A stretch of 63,650 nt of DNA, the filler included, from Aduncisulcus paluster (lineage: Eukaryota), in NCBI GenBank assembly GCA_024181965.1. It is 14 parts of 14 records of this genome, joined end to end, with 100 filler letters (N's around TTAATTAATTAA, not from the genome) between each part and the next. Parts side by side here need not be neighbours in the genome. Positions count along the whole stretch, not along the records: positions 25,444 to 28,516 come from BQXS01011531.1; positions 28,617 to 41,605 come from BQXS01011532.1; 12 more parts are not named here. One strand, 5' to 3'. How positions within the stretch are numbered: the first letter of the stretch is position 1; each line of letters starts with the position of its first letter. The position numbers were made by a program, and so were the translations under genes. A model generated the notes under the pieces. That model had not been told where the DNA came from, searched no databases, and saw only the letters and a program-made list of their open reading frames with translations. Of this stretch, positions 25,444 through 35,486 are shown one piece after another.

Positions 25444-26454
25444 CATAAAGAAGGTAGAGTTAGCAAAAGAGAGGCCTCAGCCCAATCCCTGTATTCTTCA
25501 GATTCTACGATTATCACAGAGAGTAGCACTGATTCTCCTCGAACGGTTACAACTTCCTCCACAGCATCCACGACCTCTGTTGCTGCCTCCACGACCTCTG
25601 GCTCCATTATGCGTTCTGTATCTGATGAGTCCATTACAGTTCTCCCCTCTGTATCTCCATCCACATCCCCCCTCCCAAGTCCCTCAGACTCTCTCTCTTC
25701 CTCTTCCTCTTCCTCGAGTGACCATGTTGCAAAAGACTCATCCTCTTCCTCCCTTTCCTCCTCCTCCTCTTCTTCTTGTAAACAACACCGTCACCGTCAT
25801 CGTCACTCTCACTCTCACTCTCATTCTCATGACGATGCCTCTGAAGGAAAAGATCTGAGTGGTCACTCTCATCGCCACAAAAAGGGCTCTCATGTCAAAC
25901 GTCGAAAGGTCCATAAAGAAGGTAGAGTTAGCAAAAGAGAGGCCTCAGCCCAATCCCTGTATTCTTCAGATTCTACGATTATCACAGAGAGTAGCACTGA
26001 TTCTCCTCGAACGGTTACAACTTCCTCCACAGCATCCACGACCTCTGTTGCTGCCTCCACGACCTCTGGCTCCATTATGCGTTCTGTATCTGATGAGTCC
26101 ATTACAGTTCTCCCCTCTGTATCTCCATCCACATCCCCCCTCCCAAGTCCCTCAGACTCTCTCTCTTCCTCTTCCTCTTCCTCTTCATGCGAGTTTGACT
26201 CCTGTACATCGAATTCAGCCCGTGGTGCTGGTGCATCTAGTCCCCATGTCTCCATTCCTTTCTCCCCAAGCTCTGTGAAGGCCGTCCTCACAACCCTGTT
26301 TGGAGGAGACCATAAGTTGGCACATTTGATTGTTGAGAAAGAGGGAGAGAAGAGCATGTTGCTGGTGTTTGATAAGGAAAAGAGAGAAGCTTTAAGAAGG
26401 AGGTTAACGGCATCATCTGGTGTGGAGTCTCTGTGCTCAAATCAATCAGAGTGA
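25444..26454 (+). CDS. C-terminal part of a Ser/His-rich protein, 5'-partial
   Basis: The frame is open from the contig start. About 270 bp (25444-25714) is repeated at 25912-26182. Confidence 0.6.
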   Translation, partial: HKEGRVSKREASAQSLYSSDSTIITESSTDSPRTVTTSSTASTTSVAASTTSGSIMRSVSDESITVLPSVSPSTSPLPSPSDSLSSSSSSSSDHVAKDSSSSSLSSSSSSSCKQHRHRHRHSHSHSHSHDDASEGKDLSGHSHRHKKGSHVKRRKVHKEGRVSKREASAQSLYSSDSTIITESSTDSPRTVTTSSTASTTSVAASTTSGSIMRSVSDESITVLPSVSPSTSPLPSPSDSLSSSSSSSSCEFDSCTSNSARGAGASSPHVSIPFSPSSVKAVLTTLFGGDHKLAHLIVEKEGEKSMLLVFDKEKREALRRRLTASSGVESLCSNQSE

Positions 26455-27710
26455 AAGTAAGGGGGGTATAAAAGGAGAAGAAATGAAGGGAAAAGAATCT
26501 CTATATATTTATATATTCCCCTTGTTCTCATCTTCTATCGCCCATTACTAGTTTCTAAATTTCTGTTATTTTTTTGTTTTATTATTGATTCGACTTATGA
26601 TTATGATTACCTTAAAAATGATGTTTTTATTATTTTCTATCAATAGGACATGAATAATCATTGTGAAATCATATATTTTGTCTAAATATTTTTTATTTGT
26701 CTGTTTCGATTTTTTTTTTTTTATTTTGATTTTTCTCGGATTAAATATATTATTTGTTTTTAAAACAATTTCTTCCTTATGATGATCTATTTTTAGTTTT
26801 TATCTCCCCCCTCTTCTCTTTTTCTCCCTATTCTGGTTTTAAATTATTATTATTTATTATAAAAAAAATTACAATTACTCTTCTCAATATCTCTCGATTT
26901 TACATGCAAATATATACTCTCCTTTAAAGCTATTAATAACTATATTTATTGCCTACACCTTATGTGGGATTTGTACTTACGTTCTTTCACCATATACCCA
27001 ACTGGTGATCAAGATTTTTTTTTTTACGTATTTCTTGTATTCATCCGTTGATTATGTGCTGAGATTTCTATACATTTCCCAACTTACTTCTCCTTCAATC
27101 TTTCACACACTCTATTGAATAGAGTCTATTCCGTGAGTGATTTCAAAATGGCCCCATGAAAAAACAAACAAACAAAAAAGTTAATATCCGGAAGTTCATT
27201 TTTTCAAAAATGACGACAAAAAAAAACAAAACAAAACCTAATGCAAAAAAAAAAAAAAAAAAAAAACTAAACTCGCATTCAATCCGAAGTTCAATTGTTT
27301 CTGATTCTGCCAACATTCTTGATAGTATCATTCTAACATTTCTCACTTTATTTCTATTTCAATTTTATAGCAATTTACCATGTCTAGATCACTTTTTCAT
27401 TGTGACTTATTCAATTGGTACGTGTGTTTTGAATCGAGAACTGATGACATTGCAGATTAAACAATAAAATGGGACAAATTATGAATCACCAGTGGTGATA
27501 TGATCACCACTGTTCATTTCGCTGCATAGATTCTATGTCATAGAAGAATTCAAGGTATTACTTGCTCGCTCCTTTGCCTATGACAAATTGTCATTGACAA
27601 TGGTTTGAATTCAGAGTTAGAATCGTCAATCTTATGAGCTCCGCTGTAGTTACCATGCCACTTCGAGGTTCATGAGTTTGAAGAGGGGAATAATCAGACA
27701 TGCATTCACA

Positions 27711-28450
27711 TCACAAGAACCACTTATGGGTGAGCACTTGCCTTGCTGTGGGTCTATCACGTGGATGTTCACTCACACATGCGGCACAGATGGAATGCAC
27801 TTCTGCAGGCATGCACACACCGTCAAGTGCACCGAACACATCCTGAACAAGCACACCGAACGAGAACATGTCACTCGCGGGAGAAGGGTGTGGATGACGG
27901 TGTTCTTTCAGGGCAAGCTCAAGTTCAGGCGCAATGAAGGTGGGTGTCCCAAGACGCAGAGTCTTACTGAACAATCCGATCGTACGCTCTCCACAATCAA
28001 CAGCTCCCTCGAAGTCGCACAGAAGACCATTGCACGCATCATCGATCAGCACATTCTGAGGCTTCAGGTCACAGTGCACAATCCCATGCTCATGCAAGAA
28101 CGACAGCGCGTGAAGAACACATTTCAACACTTGACGCACATGGCACACACTTGGCGACGAAGTGCGCAGCCATGTCGTCATGTCTCCACGAGCGTAATAA
28201 GGGAACACCAAGTAAGCACCACTCTTGGAAGGCATGAGAACATGCTCATCATGGAAAGCACACAGCAGAGGCACGATGAAGGGACAGTCGCCACAAGCAC
28301 GTGCAGACAAAGCAGAACGAACCAATGTTCGGAAGGCAGACATGGGCAGTGCAGATGTGGAGGATGCAATGGATGTGGAGGATGCAATGGATGTGGAGGA
28401 TGCAATGGATGTGGAGGATGGTGGAGATGGAAGATCAATGTGTGGTGTTA
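27711..28450 (-). CDS. Ser/Thr protein kinase domain (N-lobe incomplete or in a missing exon)
   Basis: CPFIVPL, HCDLKPQNVLI, LCDFEG, GTPTFIAPE, SDMFSFG and RDRPTA motifs. An in-frame (SSTSIA)n repeat lies upstream of the ATG at 28343. Confidence 0.8.
28354..28420. repeat. 18-bp tandem repeat GATGTGGAGGATGCAATG, about 3.7 copies
   Basis: Read directly from the sequence. Confidence 0.9.
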
Positions 28451-28616
28451 CCTTAGTTATAAGAATAAAACCAATCTTAGTGTAATATACCTTATATTAT
28501 ATCATATTTTTATTATNNNNNNNNNNNNNNNNNNNNNNNNNNNNNNNNNNNNNNNNNNNNTTAATTAATTAANNNNNNNNNNNNNNNNNNNNNNNNNNNN
28601 NNNNNNNNNNNNNNNN

Positions 28617-31600
28617 TTCAAAAGTTTTTCCACACAGTTCTTCCGTGGAAAGTAGTGACCGGAATACCTGAAGATACATGTGGGCTTCCTACATCTTCTA
28701 TTTATATTTGTAGTTCCATTAGTTCGGAATCTGAACTTATTAAACATATTGAACAGATGAAAATAAGTTTCCATGATTATAAAGAGCGTGATGAATTAGA
28801 TGGTATATCATGGATCGAAGATAATGATGATTTTCATGATAGATGTCCCTATGGCAGAGCATTGTCCTTAGCTTTAGCCAAATTGATAGGAAAATTCAAT
28901 GTTTTAACGGAAGGATTAGATTATATGAAACAAAAGGAATTGATTGAACGTCTTGTCGTGCCATGTCCGTATTGTATGTGTGGTTGTCCTCTGTGTTCTC
29001 AAAGTTCTTCTTCACAATGTTCTATTTCTACAACAATATCTACTCGCTATAAAGCTGTAAATCTATCCAATTCATCGAGTGCTTCTTGTTCATTTTTTTC
29101 CTTTGCATCTCAATCAAGTTCCTCTGTCCCTTCCTTGCTTCCTCTCCATCCATGTCTGCACGCTTTGTCCTCGCCTCCTTTATCAACATTATTGTGCACA
29201 ATAGCCCGCAAGAAATCAATTCCTTTCCTAGCGTCTCTCCTTTGTGCTACTTCTATTGTTGTAAGAGCTGATGCTTGTCCCAAGTTGTGTGTATCTCTCA
29301 GTACTGGAATGGTAACTCCGATGTGGTTACAAGTTTCTGGCTCTCCTGTTGGGATACGATCTTGGAAGGAACGAAAGAAGAAGGAATCGCTACTATTTTC
29401 ATCTCACTCTTGTTCCGATGGTATTTATGGGAAACGAAGATGGCAAGGGAAATGGATGGAACTTCCAGTTATTAAAAGGACGAGTAATATTAAATTCCCA
29501 GTCTTTTCGTCATCTTTTGATACCCCTGGAATGGAAAGGATGGATCAATCACAACCAAGAACTCCAAGATCATTGGGTTCTAATCCACTGACCTCCGCAT
29601 CATTTCCGCTCCCATTGAACTCATTACATTCAAATCCAGGGCATCTTTCATCGAATCAAGGTCGAAGTTCCCTTGATATTCCCCTCTCAGCTTCTATTCA
29701 TCAATCCTCCTCAAAACACGTTCATCACCATCGGTTTGTATCCTTAAAAATGCACACTAAATATACTCCCTCTCATCAACCCTTTTTTTCTCAGATATGT
29801 CACGTTTCGATCCCTTACGTTGTTGCCTCTCTGAATGTGAATTTGAAACATCACAAAGTTGTGTGTGATACTCTTGCTAAATGTTTAAAACAGTGTAAAT
29901 TTTGGGATTGTCATGGAGATATCATTCCTCTATCGTCCAGAACATCCTTCAAATATACTAAAAGAAATGAATATCTCGATTATACGAAATCTCATTCCCT
30001 TGAATGGAGAATTCTCTCATGTGCTCTTGAAGTTCAGTCTTATCGATCATGCTGTATGTCTAAGCGATCAATCACTCCAAATAATGCAGCTAAAGTTATC
30101 CTATTTGTCCTTCCTTATGTCTGTCAAATCAAAGAACTTTTTGGAGAAGCCAATGTTGCAAAGATTCGGCAAGCAATCAAGCAATTTATCTGTGGTCGTG
30201 ATTTAATGTGTGTTTCATGCGTCTGTTCCTCGCTCTTGCTCTCAAAAGTTCCTTGGCGTACATACTCTTCTCGTCAAGGGAGGCTCCAACTTGAGTCTTC
30301 TGTGTTCGATACATGTGTCATTGTCTGTGAGTTCTTTTTTGCTTTTATTCTACAGTCCTTATGTTCTCTCCTGTTCCACATTTTCCCTTCGACCACGAAT
30401 CCTCTACTCTTTCCGAGGATGTCCTGGAACGCCCAAGTTAGAATTTTTGAGAAAAAATCAATTCCCAAGAAAGACGATTCCTTGCCTCCTTCGGCTCTTC
30501 TTCCGGTGGAAAGAGTGGCCAGAAATAAGAAAGAATTGGAATCTGCTCCAAACAAGGGGTCAACCTCAACTATTCTTGAGCATAATCGAGGTGGAGTTCT
30601 TCGCTCTTCTCGTGGTCGAGGAAAAGTTGAAAATAACGCTCACCCACATTCATCCCAACTCTTGACATCTTTCCTCCCTTCTTCACTCTCTTTCTCATCT
30701 CCCACGCCCCCTTCTCGGCCAGTGTTCCCTGCTCTTTCCGATATCAGAACACCCGGAAGAACAATGGCAACAGAAGTGTCTTCAAAGATATCATCTTCGC
30801 TAAATTATATTCCCGATGCCAGCTTTCGTGTTGTATTCATTCCANNNNNNNNNNNNNNNNNNNNGGGGTCAACCTCAACTATTCTTGAGCATAATCGAGG
30901 TGGAGTTCTTCGCTCTTCTCGTGGTCGAGGAAAAGTTGAAAATAACGCTCACCCACATTCATCCCAACTCTTGACATCTTTCCTCCCTTCTTCACTCTCT
31001 TTCTCATCTCCCACGCCCCCTTCTCGGCCAGTGTTCCCTGCTCTTTCCGATATCAGAACACCCGGAAGAACAATGGCAACAGAAGTGTCTTCAAAGATAT
31101 CATCTTCGCTAAATTATATTCCCGATGCCAGCTTTCGTGTTGTATTCATTCCAAAACGTGGCGACGGGAGGAAAGGAAGACCGATATTTCTTCCTATTCA
31201 AAAGAAAACAACCAAGCATGGAGCATCGAGCAATTCGTCTATAAATCCCACCAAAAATCGTGAAGTTGATATGCAATATGCCGTAGGATGTCTGCGGAGT
31301 GCTATAAATCATAGCGATGGGAGCGGTGCGGCTGTGCCATCTCGAAGATATGCCTTGGATGCACTAAGAAAACTTAAACAGGATACAAGGGCCCAATCTT
31401 CTTCTTCTTTTCCTGAATATTATGGGTTTTCGGCTGATGTTGCTGCTGCCTTCGACTCACTATCCCAAGCCGTGATAAAACGCCGTGTAAAGTTATTGTT
31501 TGCCTCTTTAAATCGATTCTTTGAGAGTAATCATTGTGGCCTTGTGCAAATGGGAAGATGTTGGAATCAAGAAGGTGAGTGCAAATCTGTTCGAAAAAGT

Positions 31601-33799
31601 GTGGTGCTTCCTTGTTCCCCCGTTGACGGTATTGATATTCCTTCGCATGGTGTGCCTGATCCTGGTCAAGTTGGGAAAAGGAGACATATTGAAGCCCATT
31701 CATTTTCACCACATTTGTGTGATCCAAAACCATTGAAACGAAGCAAAACTCTTGCAAAACCCAAGAAAAGTACAAAAGATAAATTCATTCCTTTCCCTTC
31801 ACCCTCGAAATATAAATTATTGACTTCTTCCAAAAAGGATGAAGATTTACAACATTCCTCTTTTTCTTCGCAAAACGATATTGATTTGATGATCCATTCG
31901 ACACCCGTAGCTTTTTTAGGTTCACAACTTATTGCTGTCCCCAGAGGAATTCGTTCAATTTCCACCCAAACAAGAGGATATTCACCTCATTCTTCCTTTC
32001 AGAATTTCAAAAGTATCTCTGAAGTTCGAGATTTTGTGCTGCGAATGGTGTGTTCACCTGTGGTACGGATGCCTGTTCCTATCCGTTGCTCAATTTTTCC
32101 TTCAATCCAACCCAACCCACCATCACAGTCATCTGAACATTCATCTTCTCAACCATCTAAAAATAGATCATCTGAAGATGATTCACGGCCTCAAATAATC
32201 ACTACTTCGAGTGCTTTCATGGTTAGAGGTGTTCCTCAAGGGGCATCTATTTCTTCTTTATTATGTACTCACACTCTAAGCTCTGTTGATAGATTTGTAT
32301 GTGAATCGGAAAACAATGATTTTGAAAGCAATCAATTGGCACTTCCATCTGATCAATCTCCTTTTCCATTGAAATCTGGTATTCAATGTGGTTCTGGCGT
32401 CTTGATTCGTTATGTCGATGATTATTTATATATGACAACTCAAAATGAGAAAGTTCGGATTGTATATGATAAAATTAGAAAATATTTGGCACAGGAAGGT
32501 CTTCAATCAAACGATAGCAAGACTCAGTTCTCTGATCAATCCTGTCATACGTCCAGGGATGTTCAACATGATTCTGCCCACTCCTCTAGTGCTTCATTCA
32601 TCACTTGGTGTAAAATCAGAATCCTTCTCCCTGCTCTAATTATAGCTCACGATCCTACTGTTTTGTTAAGTGAAGACAGAGCCATGTTTGATGAGTTCTT
32701 CAGTGGTGGTATCGGAATTTCTTCTCACTCAATCTTGCCTGCTGTCGGTCGTAAGTTCGTTTCGAAGGATATCCTCCATCAAGAAAGACGTAAAAGACAT
32801 GCTTCCATTATCAGAGATGAGATACTTGGGAAAATTGGAATGGGATTGTTGGATGATATTGGAACAATGCAACATCAACATCCGACAACTGGTGCCATTA
32901 CAGATCATCGAATGCAATCAAAGGGGTCAAATTCTTCGGTTGGAAGTTCGGAAGAAATGACCAAAGTTAATGTTCTTCGTAGTATTTCTTCACAGTTCAC
33001 CAGAATTCCTCTTTCTTCTAGTTTTCAGCATGTAATTCGGACTCCTGCCCAGGAGTTGGAGAACAACATTGAAAAACAACTGAACAGAAGGATAAATACT
33101 CTATGTTTGTGCCAATCGGACCGGTTGGCGACGATATTGTCTTGTCTATCGAACATGTCCTTATCGTGTACCAGTGTATTTGTGTGTACAATCTGCCATT
33201 GTTCTTCGCTCCCATTCATTAATTTCTCCTTCCTTCGAAAGCTCATGTTGTTTGTTATTGGTCGTATGGCAGAGAAAATATGTAAAACAACCCGCTTGAG
33301 ATTTACCCATGATTCCTTCAAATGGGAAGAATGGGCAAATAATCTCTCAGAAATCGGAGGGAAATTGCCTCCTTTTCCTCCATGTTGCCAAACAAATAAG
33401 TCCACATCTTCAAGAGATGGGAATTCATTGCATTTATCATTATCTCACACTTATTATAGCTGCGTATATTGTCTTGTTCCGGCTATTGCAAGGTGTGTAG
33501 GGGCACATTTTAGGAATTGGGCAACAAAAAGAATGCCAAAGAATCACAAAACCAAAAAATCATCGACGAACCCAAAGTCTCATATATTTCGGATATTTCA
33601 GATTGCGAAGTGTCTTCAGGGTGTTTCTTCTCAAATTAGGAGTATGCATAATGCTCAGAATTATTGTCGGGAAAGGGATGGATTATTTTATTCGAGTTGT
33701 AGGAGAAAGACGAGAGGAAAACATTTAAAGTGGATTAAACAGGTTTGTTGTCTTTGCGAGATCAATTGTCGAATGTATTTGAAGGAATTGCATAGTTAA
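28617..33799 (+). CDS. TERT: Telomerase reverse transcriptase (5' end probably cut by the contig edge)
   Basis: Motifs occur in canonical order. TEN/GQ: QKELIERLV and WLQVSGSPV (about 29330). QFP-like: LFGEANVAKIRQAIKQFI...VPW. Degenerate T motif: LFHIFPSTTNPLLFPRMSW (about 30370-30427). Motif 1 FRVVFIPK, motif 2 GRPI, A YYGFSADVAAAFDSL (Asp 31436), B' GVPQGASISSLLC (32228), C LIRYVDDYLYMT (32411), D GLQSNDSKT, E FITWC (32606), then a C-terminal extension. Confidence 0.93.
30556..31153 (+). repeat. 289-bp exact duplication flanking a 20-N scaffold gap inside TERT (artefact)
   Basis: 30556-30844 equals 30865-31153. The offset is 309 nt (103 codons), so the frame is kept. Confidence 0.9.
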
Positions 33800-34234
33800 T
33801 TATTTTTATTGTATGCAGTATTATTTGATTCAATGGCAATCGTAAGAGTATAGTATACTTGGAATTCACATTTGATGAGTCAAGTTCTCATTATGCTGAA
33901 AATATAGCAGTTTAACGGGGGACAAACAGATATTTTATTAGTGACAATGTCAAATCACTCAAGATAAAGGAATTAGACCTGAATCCTGAGCTTTTAAAAG
34001 TCAGTTGTAACATTGCACAATCAACTACAAAAAAAAAAAAAAAAAAAAAAAATCAAGGAAAACAGCTTGTTAGCCAGATGCCCATGAGTGATGTTACTCA
34101 TGTGTTACAGTATGAGAAAGAAGTAATACTAACCAAGGAAAATATGAGTGGAGAAATAGTGTTCGTTTCATTGTTCGAGTGTGTCACACGTGTGAGGCAA
34201 TAAAGATAAGAATCATGTTGTCAAACCTTTTTCA

Positions 34235-34285
34235 ATGTGGGATATAGTCATAATCATCATGTGGGGATATAGTCATAATCATCAT
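34235..34285. repeat. Tandem duplication of about 25 bp
   Basis: (AT)GTGGG(G)ATATAGTCATAATCATCAT occurs twice. Confidence 0.85.
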
Positions 34286-35486
34286 ACAATCCAAATTGAT
34301 CTCCAAGTTGGAGACTCCAACAATTGTTTGTTCTTGCTGAATCTGAGTTGGTTTGTTATGTTCTAGATAAGGAAATAAATTATCCATTGATTGCCATGTA
34401 TACACTGTACTTCAAGAACTTGGATGGAATCACACTGCAACTAGAACAAGAAATATTCAGAGAAGAGGGAAAAAATCAATAAAACGAGATTTTAAAAAAA
34501 TAAAAAAAAATAAAAACCTACAAAATATCCATAATAGAATCCGTAAAATAATAATAAAAGTAGCAATAAAATCAAAAATCATTACATTTGATACCTAAAT
34601 GGTCCACAAAAAAAGCACTAATGATTTGAAGGAGTCAAAATAACGTATTTTAAAACCATTGTTTATCGCAAATATTTGCAATATGAATATGAATTGTGAA
34701 TGGATAATAGGGAAATATTTCAGACAGAGTGATTAAGATCTGCAGAAAGAAGATATACATAAATACTACAATTACAGTATAAATGGACAGATTATTCATA
34801 TTATCTCATAATAAAAATAACAATTATTTAAAATTCATGTTATTAAAAAAATAATTATAAAAATAAAAAGAAAAATAAATAAAAAAATAATAAAAGAAAT
34901 GTTATGCAACAAATGATCACAAGTTCAGAATAGTGCAAAAGGACAGTTGTAAACTATGATCATATCCAAATTTCTTTCTCATAATATCGTTTTTAAATGT
35001 TTTTTAAAAGGGTGGCAATATTGCAGTTGAGGAAGTTAAATAGAACAGTACAGTAGTATAAATACTATTATCATTATTCATATTCAACAACATTCTCAAA
35101 ACCTAAAAATAGAATACATTATTATTTCATGTTGAAACATCATAATTCTCAGCTCTCATATGGCATTTGAAGAGAATGAAAAATGTTAACATTGATTAGT
35201 ACAGCAAAAATAGAAAAATCAAATATAAAAAAAGATACAATAAAGTATCGGAACCTAAAAATAAATACCTCGTAAAAATCCGGTATGGGGAAATCCCACA
35301 AAACCTCATTATTCAGAAAAATTTCACTATAAATAGGAATAATATATATAACAAAAATAATTAAATAATAAATAAATAAATAAAAAGTAAGAGATATTAG
35401 AAATTAAATTTTCAAATTATAATGCAACATCGATGATATTAGATCCCAACTCAGTTGGGATTGTGACAAAATTGATTCTAATTTCC

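Noticed and set aside
27672-28568. Plus-strand 298-aa Cys-rich ORF and other short antisense ORFs
   Set aside because: These are shadows of the minus-strand kinase and its 18-bp repeat. The same applies to 52659-53279 and most sub-150-aa ORFs in the track.
28655-33799. The RT as a retron, DGR, group II intron or defence RT
   Set aside because: The TEN and QFP-like blocks, the IPK/RPI motifs, the PQG...LC and RYVDD context and the eukaryotic surroundings fit TERT. I see no template/variable repeat pair.
33800-35486. Telomerase RNA gene or telomeric array near TERT
   Set aside because: I saw no 1.5-repeat template such as CTAACCCTAA or CCCTACCC and no tandem TTAGGG/TAGGG array. A divergent RNA cannot be excluded by eye.
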